From Cenococcum geophilum (lineage: Eukaryota), in the NCBI GenBank assembly GCA_050273025.1, contig CP158635.1, positions 1,860,001-1,924,000 on the forward strand: a stretch of DNA of 64,000 nt. The letters run 5' to 3'. Positions within the stretch are counted from its first letter, which is position 1. Each line of letters starts with the position of its first letter. The position numbers and the translations under genes were made by a program. Below the pieces are notes generated by a model. The model was given only the letters and a program-made list of their open reading frames with translations, was not told where the DNA came from and searched no databases. Positions 35,001 through 48,989 of the stretch are shown piece by piece.

Positions 35001-38000
35001 TTATCACTTCTCCTTATAGGGCCCTAGGTACTAGAAAGTTTAGTACTTACTATACTTTATATGGCACAGTTTTAATCTTTAGTAGTGGGGTTATATCTCT
35101 ACTAACGCGACCCATCTTAGAGAACTCCTATACTAGAGCCTCTTCTTAGTTAAATAATATGGCCTTAAGGATCTCTTATTCTCTTAGCTAAATATCTCCT
35201 ATAATTATACGCTCTAATTATTCTAGCTTTAGTTATATACTATAGGCCAGCTTAGTATATCGCGGCTTAAGGAAATAATTATACGGTTTAAGAGGTAATC
35301 CTTAAATAGACGCCTTTTGTCGACATAAGGCCACCTCTTACTATTTTACTATACCTCTTATAACTGTTCCATCTGGTGCCAATAAATTAACTAGGTAGAC
35401 TTTATCTGCTTTCCATTTATACACAGTTGCTATATTTATAGCGTTTAGTTAAGCCTTACTCTAGCAGCTTTCTATTTATATTATAAATAGATCCGTCGTC
35501 TTTAATATTTAATATATAAGGGACTTAGCTTTTACTTTAAATACTAGCTTCTAATTCTTCCTTAAATATTTCTTTAAGACTTCCTTTAACGTTTTACTGT
35601 CGAGCTCTTTCTATCTAATATTATGCTCCTCTTTTTGCTAATAGCTCTGTCTAGCGGATATCTAAAACAGTATACGTCCATATTAAAGCCGCACCTTATT
35701 TCCCTCCTCTTTATTCTTTATATCCTTCTTATCCTAATACGCTAAGTTATAAGTAACCCCGGATATAATCCTAGCGGTTATACTAGCTATACATTTCCTA
35801 AACTGTTTTCTATACTAATACCTTTATCTAGTTTAAAGAACATTGCATCTTTATAGAATATTAAGAACCTCGTTTTAACTCTACTATCTTTTAATTAAAT
35901 AATATAAGATACCTAACCTATTACGGTTCGTTTTATTACTAGTCTAGCCCTTACTAACTATAGCTTACTAAGTATCACCTTATATAACATTTCCCCTATA
36001 GCAATAAACGTTATAGATATTAAGACGTTACCTATTACTATAGGGACCGCATATACTAGCTTAATAAACTTAGACTAAGTTCCATTTATAGACGTTAGAC
36101 GCGCGCCTTATAACTATAAAAGCAGACTTAATATTAGTAGGCCGTATTATAGGGCTACGCTTTCCTTAATAAGGTTAAGCTTAGCTCCAGAGTTAATTAA
36201 GCATTTAGCCCTTCTATCTCCTATCTACACTTCTACCTTTAGGCACCGCCTTTAAAACTAGATAAATTCTACTTCTTATTCGATCTAGTCCACTTTAGCA
36301 GTTGTTAGGCCGGCTTAATTAGCGTAGAACGTTAGGTATACTAATAACACGGATACCTTAACGTCCTCCTACTTCTATTAGTAAGGCTCCGCAAGGGGTA
36401 GTAGAAAAGGTTTAAAGAATAGCCTTATAACTTTAGGCATGTATATAAGGCAGTCACTAATAGTAACTTTAATAGTTTTTAATAAGATCTTATCCGCTAT
36501 CACTATTGGGCTTAGAATATTTCCTTTTAGTATATCCATTATCCTAACTGGCTTTAGTTGTAATGCTTTAACTATTATTATTGCATCCGCTATTTACTCC
36601 GTCTGTCTTAGCTATTTAGTGTAATTCATTTCATTACCCCTATTACTGCTTAACGGTGGTTAAGGAGCCTGCTACTAGGGCCATAGTGTAATTTGGATAT
36701 ATCCTCCTAGTTGTATATTTTAAACCATTGCCGGTTATAGACTAGATAGTTTTAGAGGCTATTTTATTACCCTTACTTCCCCTTACGGTCTTTTAAGATT
36801 ATATACCTATAGCATAGGCTATAATTAGGTTGCGGCCCCTACTAAATTAATGTATATTAACTTTATTTAGTATATATCTTCCTAGGACTTACTAAGTTCC
36901 TCTTTACTTTTAGCGTTATTACTCTCTACAAGCTCTACGGAAGCTACCTTTAGTTAAACACCTATCGCTAGCGTATTAGGATTAATATTCGCGTTCTACC
37001 TTAGCTAGTCTTTAAGAAACTAAATCTAATTATCACTTAGTAAATACAGAATTATATTTCCTAGGCGCTTACGTGTTCTAGCGTATATTTAGTTATTTTT
37101 ATTTATATATAGGAAACTATAACAAACTAACTCTTTAAGCTCTGGACACTAATTAATAAAATAGTGGGCACCCCTATATCTATAATATGTCTAATTTTAT
37201 ATCTAGTATGCGCTAAAGTTCCCTAGCCCTCTATACCTTCCTAGGCCCGGCTTATATCGTTTTTATAGCGCTCCCTTATAGGGTGGCTATAGTCTATTAT
37301 TACCTAGTGCCGGTTATAGGTCCATTTATTCTTAACGCATTAACGCCCTATTTAGGAGCTATGTATACCATATTAAATCTTAGCAAATCCTATCTAGGAA
37401 TAGCATTAAAGATACAATACCTACCAATCTAACTATCCTAAGATTAAGCTTTCGGAGTTAATTAGTAAGTTTCTCTAATTTAGGGTCTATTTCCTAAGTC
37501 GCTTAACAGGTATTTACTAACTCGCTTAGCTAAGAGACTATAGGTAGTTAAAGGGTAGTATCTCTTTAGTTTATTATAGCTAGTTACTAATTATAGAATT
37601 GTCTAACTAGCTAACAAAGGCCTTATTCCTTAGGATTTATAATTAATAACTAATTGGCGTCTTTATGCGAATTAAGCCTATCTTCTATAGCTTTCCTCAG
37701 CAGGTAGAAGTTAAAAGACTTTCGCCTATTGGGGTCGGCTTCTGTTTTAGTTATTATATATCTTTAGTATTTAAATAGGAGTCCTCTTGCGAACTAGTAC
37801 CCTTGTTTACGGTTTTCTAAATTACTAGCCTTAGTAACCTTCTAGGAGATTAACGTAAACTGCCTATAGTATTCGCGTATACTACTAGGTAGATTATTTC
37901 TACACTATAGTATATAAGCTTCTAAAAATTCTACCGTTTTAACTTATTAAAAGTAGTTACTTCCTTAGTAGTCTGTCCTAAGCTTTCCTATAAGTTCCAT

Positions 38001-38489
38001 CTAGTTACTAATAGTAAACTTAGGCAGACTTTAGATCTATATCCCTATCTAATAGTCGCAATACTCCAGAAATCCTTAATACTTTTTATTATCCATAACA
38101 CGGTGCTGGATACATAGCCGCTTATACTATTCAATAAATTACAACATATTTTATCCCGTAAAGTAAGGGGTTCTAGGGATTCCTAGAGCCGGTATAGGCT
38201 AGGCTATAACATATACCTTATCTTATTCTATTAGTAGTTTAGTAGGAGGTAGCAGACCTATAGTCTTTCTAGGGATAGGCAGGTGGACCTCGTAACCCTT
38301 ATCCTCTATCTATTAAGGGTTATCGGTCCCTAACATTGTGGGAGTTAAGGTTAGTATCGTATACCCTAGTTTAGAAGAGCTTCGCGGTTTAATAGGCTGC
38401 TTACTTTCCTCTCCCTTTTTAGCACCCTTACTGTTATCGTAAAATAGGCCTAATATTCCTAATAATCCCTTTATTAGTACTGTCGCCAT
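32050..38489 (-). pseudogene. Gypsy B gag-pol
   Basis: ATG 38489. Knuckle T(C)Y(GC)GGAHYFIN(Q)CP at ~37140-37195, protease CLI(D)SGA at ~36185-36205, RT at ~34400-35000, RNase H, and integrase at ~32200-33300. 3' end approximate. Confidence 0.85.
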
Positions 38490-38873
38490 TGTTATAAATT
38501 TAAAGGTAGCTCTAATAAATGCGAGAATAATAGTATAGACTGTTGCAAATATAGTAAACAAAATATAAAAGACTTTTCTCTACTGTTCCTGGTGTACCAT
38601 AGTCCTTCCTTTTATCCTTCATCTTACTATGCTACGTACTCGCCTTCTTATCGCTACTTACCGACTACTATTCCCGCATAAAGAGCTCAGCAAGTGTTAT
38701 TAGTTCATTCTTTATAGCGGTAGCTACGTATAGGTCGCTTATATACCCGTGCTTCTTTATCTTAGTCGTTCTATCGCAGTTCCAGATCGTTCCTATACGT
38801 CTTCTATATATAAAGCACCAGACTTCTAATCTAAAGAGCTTGCCGTCGTCCCTATATAGAATGCCATAAAATA

Positions 38874-39154
38874 TATAGGAGGGTACGACCTCTCTAAGAT
38901 CTTAGAAAGTCTTAGTGCTATCTATTAATCAATTGGTCAGTCTATTAGTCGGTTACCCTTAGTCAGAATTAAGCAGTAAGAAGAGAAAGAAAAGAGTATA
39001 TTAAAGGAAAATTGTATATCTGTTAGTGTCGCCTAAGTTATTAAAGACTTTAAGGGCTCTAAACCGATCTATATAACTTATAGAAGGCCTAGACTCTCCT
39101 AAAGCTACGCCTAATCTAGATATTAAATCTAAGGGGCCAAATTACACCACTATA
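38874..39154 (-). repeat. Gypsy B 5' LTR (281 bp)
   Basis: Copy of 14267-14545 with a 2-bp indel. Confidence 0.93.
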
Positions 39155-39158
39155 CTAT

Positions 39159-39558
39159 TAGATTAGAATTAAGAAAGGTAACAAATAAAAGGCAGCCTTT
39201 AGGTTAAAGAAAGGACTATATAAACTATTAGTTATGCAATTTGGGCTTATAAACGCACTAGCGATATTTTAGAAACGTATTAACAATATATTAGAAAAAC
39301 ACTTAGATAAATTTATTATAGTATACCTTAATAATATTATTATCTACTTAATAACTAAGAAAGAATACGGGGAATATATTAAATAGGTTTTAAAGAGACT
39401 ATAGAAAGAACAGATGCTAGTAGTAATTAAGAAATACAAGTTCTTCGCTAGGAAGACCAATTTTATTAGATTTATTATTAAACTAGGCCAACTTAGTATA
39501 GATCTAAAGAAAATTAAGGCTATAGTAAATTAGTAAGAACTAGAGAACGTTATATAAT
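39159..39558 (+). pseudogene. Gypsy A RT, middle segment
   Basis: VMQFGL.NA.A.F and VYL(DD)IIIY; resumes exactly where 14266 broke off. Confidence 0.88.
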
Positions 39559-42500
39559 TATTAGTCACACAAGGTGACTTACCAATAATGACTACTCAAG
39601 TAGGTTATAGTAATGTTGGTTAATAAAGCTTATTAATTGGAATGAGGGAGGGTGAGGAGCTTAAGGCTCCTCGCTACGCTAGTGCCGCGGCGACATGTAA
39701 TAGCAACTTGCCATTACGTGACGGTAACTTGCCTTATTCCCGACACTAGCAACTCTTTTTTTATAGTTGCCATCTATATATAAATACTGCTTAACTATTA
39801 TAACAAATATAGATCCTCCTTACTTACTATTACTATTGTAATATAAGTCTCGCTATCCCAAAAATTTGCCTCTTAGCACGTGGTGCTTTCTTGCTAAGAA
39901 GTTATAGGTAGACATCCTACGCGGGCCGCTAAGGCGCTAGTGGCAAGCAAGCTAATAGCGATTTTCTATGCCGGGTATAGAAAATCCTAATTAGCTAGTT
40001 AAAATTAGGGTCTATAGAGCGTTATACTTTTACTCCCTTTTAACCTAACCTTTAACTTATATATATAGAGTGTTGGTATTAACAAACGTTTCTAGAACCT
40101 TGTTTAGGTTTAGCTTTGTTATTATATCTATTAGGTTATCTTATCTATTAACCTATTAAATTTTAAAGAGTTTTTGCCGTTTATAGGATTAATAAAGTGC
40201 TATAATATTGATTATAAGGCGCTTCTCCTTTGTGGTACTAAGCTTAACTAAATACTTATAGAGGGAATATAAGTTAGTATATACGATTATAGGGATAATA
40301 GGAAGTTCGAGTTAATTTATAATTATCTTTAGGGTAGTTCTAATTGCAATTACTATATTAACTCCGCCAACTATTCTATATATCTCTAATACTAGAACGC
40401 TTTAAGTAACGCGCTTACTCTTAATTAAGCTCTAATAGATAAGATTGCCGTAAATCGTAAAGTTATTCTCTCTAGTAAATTCGTTTATAATAATAATCTT
40501 ATATCCTAGCTAGGAGCTAAAATCTTTATTATTTATAAATAATCTATTAATAAATATAAAGAGCTTAGCGGTGGGAAGATTAATAGGTATGTAGAGTAGT
40601 CCCTAGTTAAGATAGTTTATTTACTAAAAGAGACGCTTATTTAGGGCAAGGACGTTATCCTTAGTTAGTTCCTAGTGTTAAGCGGTAATAGAGAGATTAA
40701 ATAAAGCCTTAGGTTAATAGATAGAAGTAATATAAGCTCTATAAGCGCGTTACTCTACATATCCTTATTTTAGAGAATTAACATTAATAACGTTAATCTT
40801 TTTACCTTAACCCTTCTGGCACAAAGCAATAGAATCCTTATTTAGGGAGAGGATACATCCATTAAAGAGTAATAGTATTATCAAATTAAGCTTTTCCTTT
40901 AGCTTTGCTATAAGATTTGCCTTTACTAGCTCGTCTTCTTTAAGAGCTAAGAATTAGTTATCTCCTAAGATAATTATATTATTGGTTTATATACTAATAA
41001 TTCTAAATAAAGTTTCTATAGTTGTAATAAGGAAGTAGGGATTAAATATAAAAGTAGTTATTAAAAGCTTCTCTTTATGGTGCTTGCTATAGGTAGCCTA
41101 CTAGTGAATTCCTGCTTCTGCGATTCTATATAATGGCTTAAGCATAACTATAATTATATCTTCGGAATATTAGTGGCGAATTTACTCTAGAAGATATGCT
41201 AATATTAAGCGCTAAGGTGTATCTCTAATTAGGTATAGGCCTAAGTAATATCTTATAGATAGACCGCTATTCTATTCTTTATTAGAGAGGGAGCTAGTAT
41301 AATAATAACTCGCTAACTGGCTCGTTAAATCATAGGAGATTATATAAAAATTACCTCCTTACTATTATTATTATAGCCTTAGATAATAAGCCTTAATTTC
41401 TTAAATAGGGCGTTAGTAGCTTTACCTTTAATCTTATTAACCATTCTTAACTTAAAGATGCGAACTTTATTAAACTTGGTAGGGTTATACTTCTTAAATT
41501 TAAAGACTCCTCTTATAATAAGGCTATTAATCTTCTACTTATTAGATACTTAAAAAGGAGCTCTAGGAGTTATAATACGACCTTCCTTTTAGAGCTGTTT
41601 TACGAGTTTAAAGTTAGCCTTTTCCTTAACTGTTATAAAGGCCATTAATAGCTTAACTCTATTCTTAATAGCGGCGACAAATTGCTTTTTAAAATTAATA
41701 AAATGTTAGTAATTTCGTGATCCCTTTAGGCGACCTCTACTGCGTTATAGTTGCGGTATATCTACTATAATTATATTAGAATTATGGTCGCCTTCTAGAG
41801 TATATTAATTATAGCTCTCTTCTAGGGCGTCTTCTATAGCATCCTATAAAGGCTTAGAATTATTATCTTTATAGTAAGGCTTAATAATAGTTAAACGGAA
41901 TTAAGTGGGTCTATAAGGCATCTAAATAGTATAAGTTTAATTATTAATTATAATAAGTTAATATGGGCCTAACTATCCTCCCTTTTTATACTATACGCGT
42001 ACCTTAGACTAGAGTGGCAGATTAAGCGTAGTTAAGGTATTTAGGCCATTTCTTATTCCTAGTGCGTTGTTAACCTAGCGTATAGCGTAGAGATATTATA
42101 CCTCCTTTATTGCCTTATAAATAGCCTTAGCTTATTATATAATAGAGGGAGACAGTAAAGAATTATTAGTTATTTAAGGGTAGGTGCTAAAGACTAGTAA
42201 TATAGGTATAAGTCCATCCGGGCCAGCGGAATTATTAATGGCTTTAATAGCTATTTATAAGGTAAGTTTTTTGCTAGCATCCTCTAATTCTAAAGAGATA
42301 ATCTTATATACGCGGCGTAATAGCGTATAATATTGTTCTACTTTCCTAATACTATTATATGCCTTAATAGGGACTTCCTTAACCTTAATTGCTATTGCCT
42401 TTATCTGTTATTGGAACTCTATAGATAAGAAGTTCTTTCCTATATTATAGACAATTTAATTAGGGGGTCCTAGGTAGATATTAATCTAGCATAATTATAG

Positions 42501-45500
42501 GGTATCCTATACGTTTCTAGCTAATATATTCTTTAAGAAACGTGCGGCTTAGAAGGAGGTTAAGAAGTTAATAACTTAAAGTACTGGCTTGTCGCTAAGA
42601 TATATAACGTTAACAATAATATAGAAGTTAAAGTTGTAGTTATCTTTAAGGGTGAACTTAAATCAGCTAGGGGACTTCTGGTTTATTTAGTAGTAATAGC
42701 AGTACTTTATAAGATACTTAATTGCCTTAACCTTAACTTTATAGCCTATTTATTAAAGAACCCTAAGCAATTAGTAAACGGATAGGTGGCTAAAATAATA
42801 GTATAGTTAACGTAACTCTAACTTAGTTAAATAGCTCTAAGTAACACTCTTTTCTAGTTATTAAAGGAGTAGCTAAGGGTAACCCTACTTATATATAATA
42901 GGCACCCGATTATCTCCCTGTATAAGTATATTCTTAAGGTTATTAAGCTTAACGCCTAATTTATTTATATCTCTAATATAGAATAGAAATGGAGTGTTTA
43001 TAGGAATAATATAGAAAGTAATATATCCTAAGGGGGTTTGGACCCTAATTGTACTAAGAGAGATCGCGGTACCCTTACTAAAACGTATTATATATTAGCC
43101 TGCCATTAATTAATTAATCTAGACAGAAGTATTAAGTTATTAAAGAGCTTAAACTTGAGGTTCTCCTGCTATAGATACTCCTACGGCTTCTATATCTAGC
43201 ATAATACTATAGAAGACGTTCGCTGAGTATCTATTATTAAAGGAGAATGTAGAGCTCTCCTTTAGCTTATTAAAGATATTTAACTTTATAGTAAAATGGA
43301 GCGTAGATTAGTTATTAAGAATAGTAACGGTTTGTGTACTATTTACCTTACTATACTTAGTAAAGTATTAGTTGGGTAAGTAGTCCTTAATTTCTATATC
43401 TATAAGGAGCTATTTAGCCTTATTAACCTTACCCTTAAGATCTTCTACGCCTTTATATTAAACTAGGAAGCTTTAAAAGTAAGCTATAGTAGCTTTATAA
43501 TTTCTAACGTTTCTTATACTCTAGCGAAACTTATTATATACCTCCTTTCGCTTATTAAAAGAATGCCTAGTTAACTAGTAATTCGGTTTCTTATAAACGT
43601 AGTACTTTTTCTAGCAATTACTTTAAAATAAACCTCTATAAGGACCTCCACCTTTACCTTATAGTTATTAATTATACCCTCTACTATATTACCTACTACG
43701 GCTACTATATGTTTAATCAGTCTAGTTATAATTATATTAGCCGGGCGGGTTAATTAAAGTAGGTTAGAGTTAGGCGTTAAATTGCTATACTTTTTAAGAG
43801 CGTAGAGCGGTGCTAATAGAAGATCTTAATTAAGTATATACTCCTTTAAAAGTATTTATAGGATTAAAGAGAGTAAGGTTATATTCTTTAATACCTTAAT
43901 ATGCGCTAATGACTTAATTATATAGGCTAAAGTCCTCTTAATATAATTTGGATAAACCACGCTAAATTATCTAAAGTTAATTAAAGAGCTTTTAAAGATA
44001 ATTAAGCTAAGGGACACCTGGGTTTGTAGCAATAATCCTTAAAAAGGTAGCCTCTCTCTATTCTAATATATACTGCTACTTATTCTCTTCTATTTTAAAG
44101 TGGTATCTTAACTTATATATTATGCGGTTAAAATTATATCCTTTTCCTACTAAATAATTATAATAGAAGGTACTAGCTCGGCCCTTAAGCATAATGGAAT
44201 AGGCGTTATAGTATTAATTAGACTCTATTCCTACTATTTAGCAACAGTTATAAAAGATATATAGTTTTAAATTAAGAATATTATATAATTCCCCGCTAAA
44301 CTTCTTCTCCTAATCTAAGTAGAGCTTTGCAAGCTCTATAAGCAATTTTAAACTGCCTTCGATTTAAGATTAAGATAGAGGAGGTAGAAGTTGTATTATA
44401 GGCTATAGTGGGGACGTAGGTCTAGTCGGTGGAGTCTAAAGGTTATTAAATTGTGGAGTAATAGGATCCTATACCTGCTTATATTAGGGTATAGTATCTA
44501 ATATTAAAGCTATAGGTTAAATTAGATACAGAGGAGTTAAGGGCGGAGGTAGATTCGTCTTTAGAGGTATATTACTTAGATTCCATTATAAGTTAAGCTT
44601 CCTTATAGTGCGTAGTTGGTGCTTAATCTCTTATAGAGTCTATTTGTGCTCTTCTTTTACGTTAATAACCTGCTCCTAAATATTATCTCTAATAGTACCC
44701 CTATCTATAGGTATAAAGACTCTATACTCCCATAAGAAGTTACGGAAGTCTTATATAATATCCTTCTTTATAGAAGTCTATATTCCCTTTATCCATTTAA
44801 TAAAGTCCTCCCTTATACAGTACTATAGTATAGTATTGTTATATTTACTGTCTTTATAGTATACTATACAGTATAATAAGAATCCGTTTAGGTCCTATTG
44901 CTTAGCGTTTATAAAGTTAATTATATTAGTATTCCATATTTCCGGGTTAATGTCCTTCTCGTACTTCTTTAGATAGGTTAACGCTATAGTAGGTATAGAA
45001 TTGACGGGGTGTCGTACGTTAAAGGTAGGTAGGATTTTCGGTTTTATAGGATCTCGTAGGTTTACTATTAAGAGGTAGGCAATTTAAGATGTTATTCAAC
45101 GCGTTTTAGATATCGTTTAACGCGTTTTAGACGTTAACTTAGGACCTTAGGTTTAGTAACACTTCTAACCTAAAGTACTTAACCAAATCTTTATAAACGC
45201 AGTTATTCTATATAATAAACGCAACTTAGTATCTCCTAGTACTTAGTAACACTTCTATTACTAGTTTTCCGCAAGTCTAAGGTAGTATAGTATTGCCGGG
45301 ATCCATTCTATATAAGCGTATATAGCACCTCTATATAAGACTATCTCTTCTATTTAAAAACCTAGCTGCTCTATAGTTGACTATATATTTAACTACTAAT
45401 CAGTATTAGTTATATAGGGTGACTCACTAATAACGACTACTTAAGTAGGTTATAGTGATATTGGTTAATAAAGCTTATTAATTGGAATGAGGGAGGGCGA

Positions 45501-45610
45501 GGAGCTTGAGGCTCCTCGCCACGCTAGTGCCGCGGCGACACGTAATGGCAACTTGCCATTACGTGACGGCAGTTTACCGTACATGACGGCAACTTGCCTC
45601 ATTCCCGACA
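39559..45610 (-). mobile_element. Ty1/Copia element E (GalEa-like), 6.05 kb
   Basis: LTRs at 39559-39745 (187 bp) and 45404-45610 (207 bp), TSD ATAAT (39554-39558; 45611-45615). Copia domain order; CTGATTAGT follows the 5' LTR. Confidence 0.93.
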
Positions 45611-45615
45611 ATAAT

Positions 45616-45949
45616 TAAGATCGTTTTTAGGGTTTTATAATTACTGCAGAAGGTTTATAGCGCAATAGTTAAAGGATATTAAACTATTTACGCAATTAAT
45701 AAAGAAAGAAGAACTATAGGTATAGGGAGAGGAACAGTAAGAACTCTTTAGGAAAGTTAAAGAGTTATTTACCTAGGAGCCAGTTCTTAAGATCTATTAA
45801 CTAGGTCTAGAGACGGTTATAGAAATATATGCATTAGATTATATACTAGGGGCGTACTTTATATAGAAATATTAAGATAGATAGTACCTAGTGGCATATT
45901 ATAGTCAAAAGATAATACTATTAGAGTTAAACTATAATATCTATAATAA
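45616..45949 (+). pseudogene. Gypsy A RT thumb to RNase H segment
   Basis: LRSFLGF(C)NYCRRFI, RNase H first-Asp region and LNY(D)IY(D). Confidence 0.85.
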
Positions 45950-47190
45950 TAATAATAATAATAATAATTTATTGCTTAACGTCCGATTTAGATCCCTATT
46001 AGGCCCACGCGGACTACTCCTTATTTACATATGGGGAGAAAACTCTATTTAAGAAAAATAAGAAAACCCCATAATCTATCTCCCCGCCTTTTAGGACTCG
46101 CCTACTTAGCGCCTACGAGTCGCCTATGGTGCTCTACTACCTTACTGTTTAACCTCCTTGGGAACCACTGCTGCCGTAACAAGCCTACGGACGCGCTAGT
46201 ATCATAAACTATTACTCTACTACTGTAGAGTTACTAGGGGGCACCTGCTGCTCGCCCCCTTGCCTTCTATTACCATTTCCCTTGTAACCCGGAACTAATT
46301 TAGCACATTTTAACTAATAAGCCACTAGGTGACCGCCTTAAGGCCTTTTTATATTAAGAGTAGTATATTATAGTTCTCTGTGCCAGCTGCTAAGAGTATT
46401 ATTTCTTAATTGGTGCGTAGGGGGCATAGCAGTATTACGTGTTTTGGTGTCTGTCTTGGCCAGCCACATTCGCATCTTGGGCTACCTACTAGGACACCCA
46501 CCTAGTAAAGCCAATCTTTTAGTCCTATTATTCCTATTCTTAAGAGTGTTGCTATTATGTTTTCTGCCTTTATTAGGCCTTCTCAGAGCCCTTAGGTATT
46601 TACCCCCTATAGCGTTAACTATGCTATAGCTTAGGTTTGTCTTGCCTAAGTTAGCCTTTGTACCTTTAACTCCTATTTACCTCTCCAGCGTTAGTCCAAC
46701 CAGTATTATATTGCGGTAGATGGTTTCCCGGCATTCTTGTGTGTTCTACTTTAGCTCCTTTCTCTGTCTTACTGTTGTCTTTACTAACCTCTTACGCGTC
46801 TCCCTTCCTTCTCTATATGGGCCTGGGCCCTAAAGCGGCACTATTCTTCTTCTGCTTTCTTTACCTGTTTCTCTAATATCTCTTCCCTACTTTGGAGTTG
46901 TTGGTTTATTCTCCTACGGGGCACCCTAGGGTCCCTCCATAGTTTACTTAGGCGTGTCTTAATGTACTTTATAACATTAGAGTTGCGTTTATTTTGCGTC
47001 CTTTGTATTGCAGCGGCTTTAATATGTAACTGTAGGGGGGGAATATTGGATTCCTTCTCAAGCAGTGCTGTGGCCGTTTGCTTATACCCGCCTGTGATAC
47101 TCCGGAGGCAGGCTGTCTGGACCTTTTGAAGTGGTTTAAGGAGTGATTTAGGGGGGCCCTTCTCAGTTTCTCCAATGGCCCAAATACTGG
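45950..47190 (-). mobile_element. 5'-truncated Tad1-like LINE (non-LTR retrotransposon), 1.24 kb
   Basis: 16-bp TSD ATAATATCTATAATAA (45934-45949; 47191-47206) and a (TTA)n 3' tail preceded by AATAAA on the minus strand. ORF2 remnant KVQTACLRSITGGYKQTATALLEKESNIPPL and knuckle CECGWPRQTPKHVILLCP. Confidence 0.9.
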
Positions 47191-47206
47191 ATAATATCTA
47201 TAATAA

Positions 47207-48960
47207 GGAGTTATTAGGTATAGTTACAGTACTAAAGAAATAGAGAGTATTCTTATAAGGTATAGAGAAACTATTTATAGTTAAGACGGATTATAAGAAC
47301 CTAATAGGATTCCTAATAATAAAGGAACTTAACTAAAAATAGATTAGATAGGCAGAGATACTTATAGAATACTATTTTAAGATTTAGTATACTAAGGGTA
47401 TAGACAACACGCAAGCAGACGCTCTAAGTTAAAAAGCTAAACTATAAAATAACAAGAAGCCGTTAGGGGCTTTACTATAAAAAGATATAGATGGACTAAT
47501 TAGATACAATTATCCAAAAATTATAATAACTTAAGAAGAATTAGACAAAGTTTATAAGTTACTAGAAAGCTTTTAAGCATAAAGAATTCTAAAGGTATAG
47601 CTAGAAGATCTATAAATAGATATATATAAAAATTAAGAAGCGAAATATATCCTAAAAAGTATAGCAGAACACTTTATAGAAGATTTCTATAAGGGAATAA
47701 CTTAAGGACATAATAGAGCTACGGGCTTAGTGTTAAGACTTTAAAAGGAGTATATTATTAACGGAATTTAGGGCTTAGCATAAAAAGTTATAAAGGAATA
47801 TTTAGATTACTAGAGGAATAAACTAATAAGGTATAAGCTATATAGAAGGCTATAACCTATTAAAATACTAACAAGACTATAGGAGGTTATATTATAGGAC
47901 TTTATTATTAAGTTACTAAAGTTAAGAGATCCTATTACTAAACAAGATTATAACGCAATTTTAGTAATAGTAGACAAGCTTATAAAGTGGGGATACTTTA
48001 TAGTATATATAGAAGAGATATTAGCAGAAAATATCGCTAGAATCTATATTAAGGAAGTATTTATAAGACATAGAGCACTAAGTAAAATTATATTAGATAG
48101 AGATCTAAAATTTATAGTAGTATTCTAAAAGGTATTCTTAGCGGAATAGGGGGTTAGAGTAGTAACTTCTACTATATATTATCTGCAGATAGACGGTTAA
48201 ACGGAAAGACTAAATTAGACACTAGAGCAGTATCTAAGACACTATATTAATTATATATAGAATAATTAGGTATTATTATTACTAGTTATATAGTTTATAT
48301 ATAATATAACACCTTAAGAAGGAATAGGCATATTACTATTTAAGGCAAATTACGGATATAAGCTAAGAATATTATTGTTACTATAATAAGTAAAGAAAAT
48401 AAGTAGTATAGCTAAAGAAAGAATAAAGACATTAATAAATCTTTATATAGACCTTATAGAATTAGTAAAGAAAGTATAAGAGAGAATAAAAAAGTACTAT
48501 AATACTAAGAGATCTAAGGGACTAGATCTTAAGGAGGGAGATAAAGTATAGCTACTATATAAAAATTTCAAGAGTTAATAACTAAGCAAGAAGTTAAACT
48601 ATATTAGACTAGGACCTTTTAAAATTAAGTAGAAAATTTCACTAGTTATATTTAAGTTAAACCTACTAGCTAAAATAAAGATCTACCCTATATAGTATAT
48701 TGTAATACTAGAGCTAGTATACGGGAATATTAAACTACTAATCTATAAGGTAGATACGTATAAAGGATAAGAAGAAAATAAATAGTAAGTTTTAAAGATT
48801 ATTAGCTATAAAAACATTAACAACAAAATATAGTATAAAGTTAAGTAGATAGGCTACACTAAGACTACCTAGAAACTACTAGAAAAATTAAAAAAAAAAT
48901 GCTAAGGGAAAGGTATAGAAGTATTAGAAGAGATTAGGTCAGGCAGTATTAATAAAAAAG
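47207..48960 (+). pseudogene. Gypsy A RNase H end, integrase and chromodomain
   Basis: KTDYKNL, NTQADALS, DG(Q)TERLN(Q)TLEQYLRHY and GPFKI motifs, with a chromodomain at ~48780-48890. Confidence 0.88.
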
Positions 48961-48989
48961 AATTACTAAAAAATAAGTTACCTAAGGGG

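Larger units (their letters stand above)
14267..39154 (-). mobile_element. Ty3/Gypsy element B, Ylt1-like, ~10.6 kb after removing inserts, with an accessory ORF3
   Basis: LTRs at 14267-14545 and 38874-39154, 4-bp TSD CTAT (14263-14266; 39155-39158) and a minus-strand PPT at 14546-14558. RT motifs DFFS(G)Y(DQ) and FLD(D)I.VKGP. Lineage assignment is from motif recall. Confidence 0.9.

Noticed and set aside
39554..39558. Copia E and F share the TSD ATAAT
   Set aside because: This is a very common word in RIPped DNA, and D has GTCCC, so it is no evidence of target specificity.
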